This document shows positions 53,746-63,344 of a DNA stretch of 64,000 nucleotides, in pieces. The translations under genes were made by a program, and so were the position numbers. Within the stretch, counting starts at the first letter, position 1. Every line of letters starts with the position of its first letter. This DNA comes from Rhizobium sp. Q54 (GTDB lineage: Bacteria; Pseudomonadota; Alphaproteobacteria; Rickettsiales; UBA1997): NCBI GenBank assembly GCA_945875865.1, contig CAMCMF010000001.1, positions 1,395-65,394 of the forward strand, given 5' to 3'. Below the pieces are notes generated by a model, which was not told the DNA's origin, made no database searches, and worked only from the letters and a program-made list of their open reading frames with translations.

Positions 53746-54186
53746 ATGAAATGGCAAAATATGATCACAGAGAGTGATAAATGCACCTCAATAGCAAATG
53801 ATGAAACAATTAGCATTTTTATCCCCATGGAAATTAAAAAGCGCGGCGGAACGGCAATGATAATTCTGCCAAAAAATGTTAGCCCCGAAGAAGGTCAAAA
53901 ATGTTTTGATGACACGATGATTAAATCAATCGCCAGAGCCTATAAATGGAAAATTATGATTGATAAGGAGGAAGTCGATTCACTCGCGGATATTGCCAGA
54001 AGAGAAAATCTCAGCACCGGTTTTGTAAGTAAAATTTTTAATCTGAATTTTTTAGCACCAAAAGTTGTGGAAAGAATTTTGAGCGGAACTCAGCCAAGAA
54101 GTCTGAAGTTACAGGATATTGTGACGAATGAAATTCCTGATTTATGGCAGGAGCAGCTGGAAAATTGGGGATTTGAGAAAAGTTAG
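53746..54186 (+). CDS. recombinase-operon third gene, HTH-like hypothetical protein
   Basis: 146 aa. The C-terminus (IARRENLSTGFVSKIFNLNFLAPKVVERILSGTQPRSLKLQDI) recurs downstream of such recombinases, from memory. Confidence 0.5.
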   Translation: MKWQNMITESDKCTSIANDETISIFIPMEIKKRGGTAMIILPKNVSPEEGQKCFDDTMIKSIARAYKWKIMIDKEEVDSLADIARRENLSTGFVSKIFNLNFLAPKVVERILSGTQPRSLKLQDIVTNEIPDLWQEQLENWGFEKS

Positions 54187-54298
54187 TTTTGATTTTTTAA
54201 GAGAGGATTTTTGAGGGCTTCTTTTGACATCTTTTGGTTTTTTTAAGAGAGCTATTCTGCTGTCGAGATTGCGGTATTTTTTTAAAGGATTTTTTGAT

Positions 54299-54502
54299 TT
54301 AGGTATTTTTATCCAATCTTCTTTCCAACTCCTTTTTCACGTTCGCCATATTATCTCGGATGTGATCACAATAGGACACGATTCCAAGAAGTTGTTCATC
54401 AGAAAAAGTGTGAACATCTTGAGCAAAATGCCTTAAATCCGCTGCAAATTTTTCTGCTGAAGCCCGTAAAAAATAATATTCGATTTTGTTTTCAGTCGAC
54501 AT
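54299..54502 (-). CDS. small hypothetical protein
   Basis: 67-aa ORF. Competes with the antisense ORF 54224..54436. Neither is recognised. Confidence 0.3.
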   Translation of the reverse strand: MSTENKIEYYFLRASAEKFAADLRHFAQDVHTFSDEQLLGIVSYCDHIRDNMANVKKELERRLDKNT

Positions 54503-54528
54503 AAAAATTCCTTAAAAGATTAAAAAAT

Positions 54529-54581
54529 AAAAACCGTGCAGAGCCAATAAATACAAGGCTTTACACGGTTTTTATTTTACC
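54529..54581. terminator. long-loop hairpin with flanking T/A runs (possible bidirectional terminator)
   Basis: AAAAACCGTG (54529..54538) pairs with CACGGTTTTT (54564..54573). The 25-nt loop is unusually long. Followed by TTTATTTT. Confidence 0.35.
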
Positions 54582-54758
54582 TCAAAAAAGGTGTCTATCA
54601 AGTCGAAAGAAGGGAAGATAAACAGAAAGATCGGGAGCCACCACCACAGAACCCATCTGTGTTGCAGCCTATTTCCTGAAAAGGTATTTTATTCAGTGCA
54701 ACTCCCGACATGAGCAGTTTTTTAGAAAAAAGAATTTTTAACAAGAAAAAGTTTTAAG

Positions 54759-55082
54759 TCACATTTTCTGTGCGAACAGAATAATAGCAGCGCCAATCAG
54801 GCAGACAGATGCACCTAACAGGTCAATTTTAGTGGGAGAGTTATTTTCAACGACCCACATCCAGGCAATTGATGCGCAAATATAAATCGCCCCATATGCA
54901 GCGTAAGATCTGCCGGCATAGTCAGATTCAACCAATGTCAAAAGATAGGCAAACAGGGCTAATGAAAGCATTCCTGGCGCAGTCCACCAGAAAGATTTAT
55001 GAAGCCTAATCCACATCCAGAAGGAAAAGCATCCCGCTATTTCAAATATAGCAGCACCGAGAAAGAGTAAAAGATTCATCAT
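54759..55082 (-). CDS. ynfA: YnfA family (UPF0060) small membrane protein
   Basis: 107 aa with four TM segments. FEIAGCFSFWMW.RL.KS.WW..PG..SLALFAYLLTL.......GR.YAAYG..YI matches YnfA. Confidence 0.8.
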   Translation of the reverse strand: MMNLLLFLGAAIFEIAGCFSFWMWIRLHKSFWWTAPGMLSLALFAYLLTLVESDYAGRSYAAYGAIYICASIAWMWVVENNSPTKIDLLGASVCLIGAAIILFAQKM

Positions 55083-55161
55083 AATTTTAATTATTTGTGA
55101 TTCGTATCTCAGAAAAAAGATACCACATTATTATTAAAATAAAAGTAAGTTTCATTTGACT

Positions 55162-55180
55162 TATCCCTCCCTAGGGGATA
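55162..55180. promoter_or_regulatory. candidate CsoR/RcnR-type operator
   Basis: TATCCC-N7-GGGATA with a central C/G tract (TATCCCTCCCTAGGGGATA), 38 nt upstream of the repressor start. Confidence 0.5.
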
Positions 55181-55217
55181 GGATTACATAATCATTAGCT
55201 AACTTTTAAAATTAAAC

Positions 55218-55484
55218 ATGAGTCAACATTCCTCACATCCAGAAATCGTAAAACGCCTCAAAAGAGCCAAAGGTCATTTAGAAAGTGTCATAAAGATGAT
55301 TGAAGACGAGCAGCCTTGTCTGGAAGTTGCTCAGCAAATGTATGCTGTGGAAAGCGCCATCAGTAAAGCTAAGAAAACTCTGATACATGATCATCTTGAC
55401 CATTGTCTTGAGCATGCTCTGGAAGATAAAAAATCTTCTGCGAAAGCGGTTAAAGAATTTAAAGAAATCACAAAATATTTATAA
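55218..55484 (+). CDS. CsoR/RcnR/FrmR-family metal-sensing repressor
   Basis: 88 aa. KRLKRAKGHLESV..MIEDE.PC..V.QQ..AV..A........I.DHL.HC. The ligand positions read Cys34-His59-Cys63, with His4/His7 near the N-terminus. Confidence 0.85.
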   Translation: MSQHSSHPEIVKRLKRAKGHLESVIKMIEDEQPCLEVAQQMYAVESAISKAKKTLIHDHLDHCLEHALEDKKSSAKAVKEFKEITKYL

Positions 55485-55486
55485 TC

Positions 55487-56599
55487 ATGCCAGACATCGT
55501 AAGCCTGATACAACAAGGCAGCTCAAATCTTTTTATCTTCATACCGATTTCAATCTTACTTGGAGCTTTGCATGGCTTGGAACCAGGTCATTCTAAAACC
55601 ATGATGGCAGCTTTCATTGTGGCAATTCGTGGAACAGTTAAACAGGCGGCATTGCTTGGACTTTCTGTGACAATTTCTCACACCGCGGTTGTATGGCTTG
55701 TTGTATTGACGGGAATGTATTTCATGAATGGCAAGGTTGATAGTGAAGCCACTGAGCCATATTTTCAAATGGTCTCAGGTGTTTTGATGGTGATAATTGC
55801 CCTCTGGATGATGCGTCGTAGTTTTAAGCACCATCAGAATTTTAAAAAAGAAAGTGCGCATGGTCATGGTGAATCCCATGTGATAGATACCGGACACGGT
55901 TTGATAAAATTACAGATTTTTGAGAAAAATCAGCCACCGCGCTTTCGCTTATCTTCCGAGTCTAACAATGCTTTGTCTGATTATACGCTGAACAACTTAT
56001 GGATAGAAATAAAGCGACCTGATGGTTCTCTACAAAAATTTACCTTCATCAAGAAAGACGGGTTTTTGGAATCCAAGCAGGATATAGCAGAGCCACATGA
56101 ATTTATGGCGAGGCTAAGTCTTGTTCACGGCGATCATGCTCACAATTACGATATAGAGTTTGTTGAACATGGACACAAACATGATTCAGCACTTAAAGCA
56201 TTGGATGTCGTTTCGCCAGAATATCAAGATGCTCACGAGCTCGCTCATGCCAATGATCTACGTAATCGCTTTAATAGTCAAAATGTTACCACCGGACAGC
56301 TCGTGATGTTTGGTTTGACAGGAGGGTTATTGCCATGCCCCGCTTCGATAACAGTTTTATTGCTATGCTTGCAGCTTAAGAAAATTGCGATGGGCGCTTT
56401 GCTGGTCTTTTGTTTCAGTATTGGTTTAGCACTTGTTCTGGTTGCATCGGGAATAGTTGCTTCTCTTAGCGTTAGGCAAGTTGGTAAACGCTGGTCAGGA
56501 TTTAGTAAGTTAGCGAAGCGAGCACCTTACTTGTCTGGCGCTCTTATAGCCACAATTGGACTTTATGTTTTCTATCATGGTTTAACCGCGATTCATTAG
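55487..56599 (+). CDS. NicO/RcnA-like nickel/cobalt efflux permease with large His-rich cytoplasmic insert
   Basis: Signature LHGLEPGHSKT in TM2. His-rich segments HGHGESH and HGDHAHNYDIEFVEHGHKHD flank a ~100-aa non-repetitive insert. Confidence 0.75.
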   Translation: MPDIVSLIQQGSSNLFIFIPISILLGALHGLEPGHSKTMMAAFIVAIRGTVKQAALLGLSVTISHTAVVWLVVLTGMYFMNGKVDSEATEPYFQMVSGVLMVIIALWMMRRSFKHHQNFKKESAHGHGESHVIDTGHGLIKLQIFEKNQPPRFRLSSESNNALSDYTLNNLWIEIKRPDGSLQKFTFIKKDGFLESKQDIAEPHEFMARLSLVHGDHAHNYDIEFVEHGHKHDSALKALDVVSPEYQDAHELAHANDLRNRFNSQNVTTGQLVMFGLTGGLLPCPASITVLLLCLQLKKIAMGALLVFCFSIGLALVLVASGIVASLSVRQVGKRWSGFSKLAKRAPYLSGALIATIGLYVFYHGLTAIH

Positions 56600-56679
56600 A
56601 TAAAAGTTTTTTCTGAGATTGTTTTTTAAAAAAATTCTCATAATATTCGTATAATATTTTTGATAAATTTTTTTAGTTA

Positions 56680-57003
56680 ATGACCAAGTTTCTTCGTATC
56701 ATATTTTTAACAATTTTTTGCCTTTCTCTGTCTGGCAAGGCGTTGCTTAAAGATACCTGTGCGGAAGAAGCGCTGTCAAAAACTAAATCAGTTATTTCTT
56801 ACGATAATTCTGGTGATCTTGCAGATTCATCTGATTGCAAAGATTGCAGCTGCCATTGCCATCACAGCCATTTTGATTTTGCTTCTCTTGCCAAATCTTT
56901 TGCCGTAGAGCCCGTAACAATTGAAAAATTTTCTTTCGATTTAGCTTCTTCTCTTTCCCCTCAAATCGCCTCTCCCAAAAAGCCGCCAAAAATAGTTTCT
57001 TAA
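56680..57003 (+). CDS. secreted Cys/His-rich small protein (putative periplasmic metal-binding)
   Basis: Has a signal-peptide-like N-terminus and the cluster CKDCSCHCHHSH. 107 aa. First gene before the OMF/RND pair. Confidence 0.45.
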   Translation: MTKFLRIIFLTIFCLSLSGKALLKDTCAEEALSKTKSVISYDNSGDLADSSDCKDCSCHCHHSHFDFASLAKSFAVEPVTIEKFSFDLASSLSPQIASPKKPPKIVS

Positions 57004-57067
57004 CTTACGTAAAGTCATTGGTCTCAAGCATTGAGATCATTTGTTAAGAACTATTTATTTGGATAAA

Positions 57068-58306
57068 ATGGCAAAATTTTTTCTCGTATTTCTCTCACTT
57101 ATTTTTTTAAGTTTCTCGGCTTTTTGTAAGGATTACAAAATCGAAGAGCTGATAAATATCGCTGAGCAAAACAGTGCTAATATTAGGGCGGCGCAATATT
57201 CTGCTTTGGCGCAACAGCGCCTCGCTAATCAGCAAAAATATTGGAGCAATCCGGTGGTGAGTGCTGGTAGAATTGGCGGACAAGATTCTTACAGCGTCAG
57301 TCAAACCGTCCCATTTTATAATAAGCTGCAAAGCAAATATGATATTGAGGAAGCAGAGTTTCGCGTGCTTGATGTCAGAAAAAATAATCTGTCGCTATTC
57401 GTTAAGTCAGAAGTTTTTAGTCTGCTTTATCAATACCAGGCGCTTCGATCAAAAATTGAGCTGGCGCAGAAGCGTTTAGATCGACTTACTTTGGTTGATA
57501 AATACCTCGCCACAATCGTTCTCAGCTCACCAACTAAAAAGGCGCAATGGCACATCACAAAAGATAGAATCAGGCTGGTTGAGCGTGATTTGATTAAATA
57601 TCGTAATGAACTTTACCAGACTTGGAATGCGGCGAATGTTTATCTGAATCTGGAAAGTGAGCCGACAAACGTTGCTTTTGAGTGGCTTGATGACAACAAC
57701 TACAAAGGAAAAAATTTCTTCATCAATGCTGCGATTGAAAATAACCTTGAGCTAAAAGAGCAAAAAATTCTCGTCAGCAAATACAGATCAGAATTGTCAT
57801 TTGCAAAAGTTGAACAAATGCCTGATGTCGCTGTTTCTGCTACCAGACAAAATGGTGGTTCCGCATCTCTTGCTGGCTCTGGCAGAGATTCTACGGGAAT
57901 TGGTCTTTCTGCTTCTATCCCTTTGTTTAACCGCAATCAGGAAAAAATCGCTTCATCGGAATCGAAAATAAGAGCGCAGGAGCAGGAAGTTGAATTCCGT
58001 CGCAATCAGTTGGTTCAACTCATCAGCAACGATATTAGCGAATATGAAACTTCGCTAAAATTGGCGAAGAATTTTCCTGTCTCAAATATCAAAACCATCC
58101 TTTCTCGCCTTTCAGAAGCCAACTCCGATTTCAAAAAAGGTGTACTCGATTTTATTACTTACATCGAACTCGATTCACAAGAATATCAAACAATCGATAC
58201 CATCATCGACACACAAGTTGAGTTGGCCGCTTCTTACGCACAGATGATGATAAAAGTCGGCAGCTTCACTTTACCTAATTCTATTGTAGCCAAAAATGAT
58301 AAATAA
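57068..58306 (+). CDS. TolC/CzcC-like outer membrane efflux protein
   Basis: Start at ATG 57068 (signal peptide MAKFFLVFLSLIFLSFSAFC). OEP-type repeats. Overlaps the RND gene by 11 nt. Confidence 0.75.
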   Translation: MAKFFLVFLSLIFLSFSAFCKDYKIEELINIAEQNSANIRAAQYSALAQQRLANQQKYWSNPVVSAGRIGGQDSYSVSQTVPFYNKLQSKYDIEEAEFRVLDVRKNNLSLFVKSEVFSLLYQYQALRSKIELAQKRLDRLTLVDKYLATIVLSSPTKKAQWHITKDRIRLVERDLIKYRNELYQTWNAANVYLNLESEPTNVAFEWLDDNNYKGKNFFINAAIENNLELKEQKILVSKYRSELSFAKVEQMPDVAVSATRQNGGSASLAGSGRDSTGIGLSASIPLFNRNQEKIASSESKIRAQEQEVEFRRNQLVQLISNDISEYETSLKLAKNFPVSNIKTILSRLSEANSDFKKGVLDFITYIELDSQEYQTIDTIIDTQVELAASYAQMMIKVGSFTLPNSIVAKNDK

Positions 58307-61300
58307 ATTTTTTACAAAAATAATCGAGTTGAGATGGTATGTTCTCGTTCTATTTGGACTCATTTCTCTGTGCGGATTTTACTCTTTAAGCAAAGTTAAA
58401 ATTGATGCCATTCCAGACATCACCAACAAGCAGGTGATTGTGAATACGAAGACCTTTGGAATGGACCCAGCTAAAATCGAAAAGTCTGTTACTTATCCGG
58501 TTGAAGCTGAACTCTATGGAATTCCTGGGCTTTCAGAAATGCGCTCAATTTCCAAATTTGGCCTGTCACAGGTTATTCTGATTTTCCGTGATGATGTTGA
58601 TATTTACTTCGCCAGAAATCAGGTGTTGCAACGAATCTCTGGTCTTCGTGATCAAATTCCAAACGGCATGTCTCCAGAGATTGCGCCTTTAACCACCGGC
58701 ATTGGCGAGATCATCATCTATCGCGTTTATAATCCAAACGGCGCAGACGACCTAATGGAGCTTCGCACCATCCAGCAATATCAATTTGCCCGCGAATTAA
58801 AAAAGATCAGAGGTGTTGCGGAAATTGACACGATTGGTGGTTTTGAGCGCGAGCTGCATTTAAATATCACGCCAGAAAAAATCGCAAAATATGGTATGAC
58901 GCCGGAGCGATTAATTGCCCAGATTCAAACCATCGGTGAAAATTTTGGCGGTGGTTATATTGAGCAGGATGGTCAGCAAAAAGTGGTTCGAACTTTCGCC
59001 AACATCAATAATTTTGAAGATGTGATGGATGTTCCGGTGAAGATCGATTACAGCGGAAAGGAACTACCACTTAGACACATTGTTGAGGTAAGTCCAAACT
59101 ACTCACAAAGGCTGGGATCTGCAACTTATGGCGGCAAAGAAGCTGTGATTGGAACGGTGATGTTGCAATCAGGAGAAAACGCCAGAGAAGTTTTGGTCAA
59201 GGTAAAAGAAGAAATCGCAAAACTAAATCAGCGAAGTCTTAATGCTAAAATCGAAATCCTTTATGATCGCCAATTCCTGATTGATTCCACCATCAAGACC
59301 GTAATGAAAAATCTAGCAGAAGGAATTCTGCTGGTCGTTGGCGTATTATGTTTGCTGCTCGGCAACTTCAAAGTCGGCATGATCGTGGCTTCATCGCTGC
59401 TATTTTGCATTTTGATTCTTTCTGCCTGCATGAATTTTTTCGGCATCTCGGCAAATTTGATGAGTTTGGGAGCCATTGACTTCGGCTTGCTGGTTGATTC
59501 CTCGGTGGTGTTGGTGGAATACATCGTCAGCCATTTAATTATACGTAAAAGCAGAGAAGAAAAAGCACATTCAATTGCAAAACTTTCAGCACAAGTTGCG
59601 AAGCCAATTTTCATCGGCATCACCATCATCATTCTGGTTTATCTACCGATTTTGATGTTCACAGGAATTGAAGGAAAAACCTTCAAGCCAATGGCGATCA
59701 ATGTAATTATTGCCATGACAGCCAGCTTGTTTGTGGCATTCTTGCTGATGCCAATCCTGTCATACTTTTTGATTAACACGGGAATCACTCACGAAAAGCA
59801 CCGCTTCTTTGCAACAATCATCAAGGGTTATGAGAAGCTGTTAGACAAGGCTCTAGCAAATGTCAGGCTAGTAATTTTCTGCTGCGCTGGCTTTTTCATT
59901 TTCTCACTTTGCTTGTTGGCGGTGATGCCTTCCGACTTTTTACCGGAATTAAATGAGGGCGATGCTGTTTACACGGTAGTTACGAAAAATGGCATGAGCC
60001 TTTCTAAAACTGGTGAAATAATGCAGAGTCTTGAGCAAACAATTTCCGGTGAAAAAGAAATCGAAAAAACTTTTTCACGAGTTGGAATAAGTGAAGCTGG
60101 ACTTGACTTGATGCCACAAAACTCCGCTGATCTTTTTGTAATTTTTAAGAAGAAATACAAAAGCAATGCACCGGAAATTTCAGAAAGAATTCATCAAAAA
60201 ATCAAAGATAATTGCGTCGATTGTGAAGTGACGGAATCTCAGCCAATCAAGATGCGCTTTAATGAAATGCTTGAAGGAAGTAGAGCTGATCTGTCTCTAA
60301 AAATCTTCGGTGAAGATCTTGAAGAGCTAATGAAAATCACTGAGAAAATCAAAACCCTTCTCGCAGAAAAACCGGCGATAAAAGAGATTGAAGAGGATTT
60401 TATCAACTCGATCCGCAAAGGCTCATTCATTGATGTCATACCAAATTACACACAAATTGCCAAGCACCAGGTGACAATTTCCAATGTTAATAATGACCTT
60501 AAAGATGCGATGGCCGGAATTCAGGTTGGGAATTTTTATGCTACAGAATTTCCAATCTCAATCGTTCTGCATTTAAGCGAAAAGAGCCGCAACGATATGG
60601 GTGCAATTGGTAAAATTCCAGTGGGGCTATCAGACGGCGGAAGCTTTCCATTATCAAAAGTTACCAACTTGCGCGAAAGTGAAGACATCACGTCAATTCC
60701 ACGATTGTTTGGCAAAAGATATTCCAGTCTTTCAATCTATTTGAAAAACACCGATTACGCCGGATTCATCGAAAATGCCGAAGCAGAAATCACCAAAAAT
60801 AACATCGTGCCAGCCGGTTATTACCTTGAATGGGGCGGCAGATTTGAAAATCTTAACAGCGCTAAAAAACAAATCTTCATTATCATCCCGCTGATCTTGC
60901 TGATGATATTTTTTATGCTCTACAAAATGTTTGGCTCGCTGAAAAATGTTGCGGTGGTTTTCTCTTCGGTGCCTTTTGCCTTGAGTGGAGCGATTACGCT
61001 GCTGTTTATCTGTCACATTCCAATCACGATTTCGGTTTATATCGGCTTCATCGCGCTAATCGGGATTAGTCTTTTGAATTCGATAATTCTCATCGACACC
61101 TTCAAAAATAATAATGATTTGAGACTGACTTGTCTCTCAAGATTGCGACCAATTCTAATGACCGCAATCGTTGCCAGCCTTGGTTTCTTGCCAATGGCAT
61201 TTGGACATGGAATCGGCTCAGAAGTGCAACAACCAATCGCAATCACTGTGATCGGTGGTATCATCAGCTCAACAATTGCAACACTGATTCTAAGCCCTGT

Positions 61301-61337
61301 TTTGATTAAAAATTTTATCAACCAAAAAACCTTCTAA
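58296..61337 (+). CDS. czcA: heavy-metal efflux RND transporter (CzcA/CusA family)
   Basis: 1013 aa with a 12-TM RND architecture. The N-terminus (...IDAIPDITNKQVIVNT...G..P..IEK.VTYP.E) is typical of the HME-RND family. Confidence 0.85.
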   Translation: MINKFFTKIIELRWYVLVLFGLISLCGFYSLSKVKIDAIPDITNKQVIVNTKTFGMDPAKIEKSVTYPVEAELYGIPGLSEMRSISKFGLSQVILIFRDDVDIYFARNQVLQRISGLRDQIPNGMSPEIAPLTTGIGEIIIYRVYNPNGADDLMELRTIQQYQFARELKKIRGVAEIDTIGGFERELHLNITPEKIAKYGMTPERLIAQIQTIGENFGGGYIEQDGQQKVVRTFANINNFEDVMDVPVKIDYSGKELPLRHIVEVSPNYSQRLGSATYGGKEAVIGTVMLQSGENAREVLVKVKEEIAKLNQRSLNAKIEILYDRQFLIDSTIKTVMKNLAEGILLVVGVLCLLLGNFKVGMIVASSLLFCILILSACMNFFGISANLMSLGAIDFGLLVDSSVVLVEYIVSHLIIRKSREEKAHSIAKLSAQVAKPIFIGITIIILVYLPILMFTGIEGKTFKPMAINVIIAMTASLFVAFLLMPILSYFLINTGITHEKHRFFATIIKGYEKLLDKALANVRLVIFCCAGFFIFSLCLLAVMPSDFLPELNEGDAVYTVVTKNGMSLSKTGEIMQSLEQTISGEKEIEKTFSRVGISEAGLDLMPQNSADLFVIFKKKYKSNAPEISERIHQKIKDNCVDCEVTESQPIKMRFNEMLEGSRADLSLKIFGEDLEELMKITEKIKTLLAEKPAIKEIEEDFINSIRKGSFIDVIPNYTQIAKHQVTISNVNNDLKDAMAGIQVGNFYATEFPISIVLHLSEKSRNDMGAIGKIPVGLSDGGSFPLSKVTNLRESEDITSIPRLFGKRYSSLSIYLKNTDYAGFIENAEAEITKNNIVPAGYYLEWGGRFENLNSAKKQIFIIIPLILLMIFFMLYKMFGSLKNVAVVFSSVPFALSGAITLLFICHIPITISVYIGFIALIGISLLNSIILIDTFKNNNDLRLTCLSRLRPILMTAIVASLGFLPMAFGHGIGSEVQQPIAITVIGGIISSTIATLILSPVLIKNFINQKTF

Positions 61338-63313
61338 TGAAATTACCATTAAACGACAAAAAATTTATTTTCCTGCTTTCAGCAATTACCATCGTAATTA
61401 CGTTAGAGGTTTTATCGATCCTTGGAATCAATATTCCCATGCCTTACGCACCTTTTATTTTCGCGGCATTTATTTTTGGCATTGGTCATAATGTAATTTT
61501 GAGTGGGGTAAAATCCTTAATCAAATTTGATTTTAGTAGCATCAATTTATTGATGGTAATTGCGGCGATTGGTGCATTTTATTTGGGAGAATATCCGGAA
61601 GCGGCAGTTGTAATCGTGCTCTATGTTTTGGGCGAAAGGCTGGAAGATATTGGTATCGACAATAGCAAATCTGCTTTGGATGAGTTAGTAAACAGAGCTC
61701 CAAAAACAGCTACTTTAAAGGCTACAGGAGAAAGTGTCGTCATTGATAAAATTGCTATCGGAACGATAATTCAGATCAAGCCAGGCGAGTTAATTCCTTT
61801 AGATGGAAAAATTATCTCCGGAGAAACTTCGGTTGATGAGGCCGCAATCACCGGTGAACCAATTCCTAAAGACAAACGCGCTGGCGACAATTTATTTGCT
61901 GGAACCCTGAACCAATATGGTTTTGTTGAAATAGAAACCACCAAACTTTCCACCGATACAACTTTCTCAAAAATCATCCGCCTCACATTCGAAGCCTCTG
62001 CCAGCAAGTCCGATACTCAAAAATTTATTCAGAAATTTTCTACCTATTACACACCTGCCATCATTGCGATGTCGGTTTTACTTTTTCTGATTCCGGTTTT
62101 TGTTTTGGGTCTGGATTCAAATCATTGGCTACAGCAAGCCATTGCACTTTTGGTGATTGCCTGTCCGTGCGCTTTAGTAATTTCCACTCCAGTAGCGATT
62201 TATGCCGCTATTGGAAACGCTTCAGCAAAAGGAGCGTTGGTTAAAGGCGGTAAATTTATTGAAGCAATGGCGAGTATTAAAGCCATTGCACTCGACAAAA
62301 CCAGAACGATTACTTTTGGTAATCCGATTGTTTCCGATGTGATAGCGCTGAAAGGAACTAGTCGTGAAGAGTTGTTAGCTTGCGCTTCCGGAGCCGGAAT
62401 TCTTTCCGAGCATCCATTGTCGCAGGCAATAGTCAAAACCACTAAACAAGAAGGTTTTGAACCTCATAAAGTTGAAAACTTTAAAAGCGTAACAGGCAAA
62501 GGAGCGATTGCAAAATGTATGGTGTGCGAAGATGAAACTGTTTATTTGGGTAAACTTCCATTCATCAAAGAGCATCAACATGTATCAAATGAAGCAGAAG
62601 AAATTGTAGCACGACTTTCATCTCAAGGAAAAACAAGTGTAGTAGTAAGCTTCGGTGATGGAGTAGCTGGGATCATTGGCTTAATGGATGAAATTAAACC
62701 CGACAGTGCTAACGCATTAAAAGAAATAAAAGCGTTAGGAATTGAGCCTGTAATGCTTACTGGCGACAATCAACATTCCGCCCAATATATCGCTTCACAG
62801 GTAGGAATTGAAAAAATATTCGGTAATTTATTGCCCGAAGATAAGTCGGCAAGAATCACAGAATTATTGCAGCAATATCAGAATGTAGCAATGGTTGGTG
62901 ATGGAATAAATGACGCACCAGCACTTGCTCAAAGCACTGTTGGAATTGCAATGGGAGCAGCAGGAAGCGACACCGCAATTGAGACCGCAAACATCGCTTT
63001 GATGAATGACAAACTTTCTCTTATCCCTTTTTTAGTTCGCTTAAGCAGAGCAACTTTGCGACAAATCAAACTTAACACTGTCGGCGCGATACTCGTAAAA
63101 GTTATTTTTATTGCTCTGGCATTTCTCGGTCACAGCAATTTGGTGTTTGCCATTGCAGCTGATGTGGGAGTAACGCTAGTGGTAATTTTTAGAAGTTTGA
63201 ATCTGATGAAGTTTGAGAATTCTTCCGAGGAAATAGGTTTGCAAAAAATGAAGTTGGCAAATTTTCCTCAAGAAAAACACTCGCATAAAACTAAAAAATC
63301 TGATTGTTGTTAA
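61337..63313 (+). CDS. P1B-type heavy-metal ATPase (CPC type) lacking an N-terminal HMA domain
   Basis: TM6 has ACPCALVISTP. Also has TGEP, MLTGDN and GDGINDAPAL. The phosphorylation loop reads DKTRT instead of DKTGT. C-terminal HSHKTKKSDCC. Confidence 0.8.
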   Translation: MKLPLNDKKFIFLLSAITIVITLEVLSILGINIPMPYAPFIFAAFIFGIGHNVILSGVKSLIKFDFSSINLLMVIAAIGAFYLGEYPEAAVVIVLYVLGERLEDIGIDNSKSALDELVNRAPKTATLKATGESVVIDKIAIGTIIQIKPGELIPLDGKIISGETSVDEAAITGEPIPKDKRAGDNLFAGTLNQYGFVEIETTKLSTDTTFSKIIRLTFEASASKSDTQKFIQKFSTYYTPAIIAMSVLLFLIPVFVLGLDSNHWLQQAIALLVIACPCALVISTPVAIYAAIGNASAKGALVKGGKFIEAMASIKAIALDKTRTITFGNPIVSDVIALKGTSREELLACASGAGILSEHPLSQAIVKTTKQEGFEPHKVENFKSVTGKGAIAKCMVCEDETVYLGKLPFIKEHQHVSNEAEEIVARLSSQGKTSVVVSFGDGVAGIIGLMDEIKPDSANALKEIKALGIEPVMLTGDNQHSAQYIASQVGIEKIFGNLLPEDKSARITELLQQYQNVAMVGDGINDAPALAQSTVGIAMGAAGSDTAIETANIALMNDKLSLIPFLVRLSRATLRQIKLNTVGAILVKVIFIALAFLGHSNLVFAIAADVGVTLVVIFRSLNLMKFENSSEEIGLQKMKLANFPQEKHSHKTKKSDCC

Positions 63314-63344
63314 GAATAATTCATTTCACTCATTTGAAGAAATT

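Noticed and set aside
54224-54436. 70-aa plus-strand ORF overlapping the 67-aa minus-strand ORF
   Set aside because: Neither ORF has recognisable features. The plus ORF is Phe/Leu/Ile-rich, like an antisense read. The minus ORF is listed at low confidence only.
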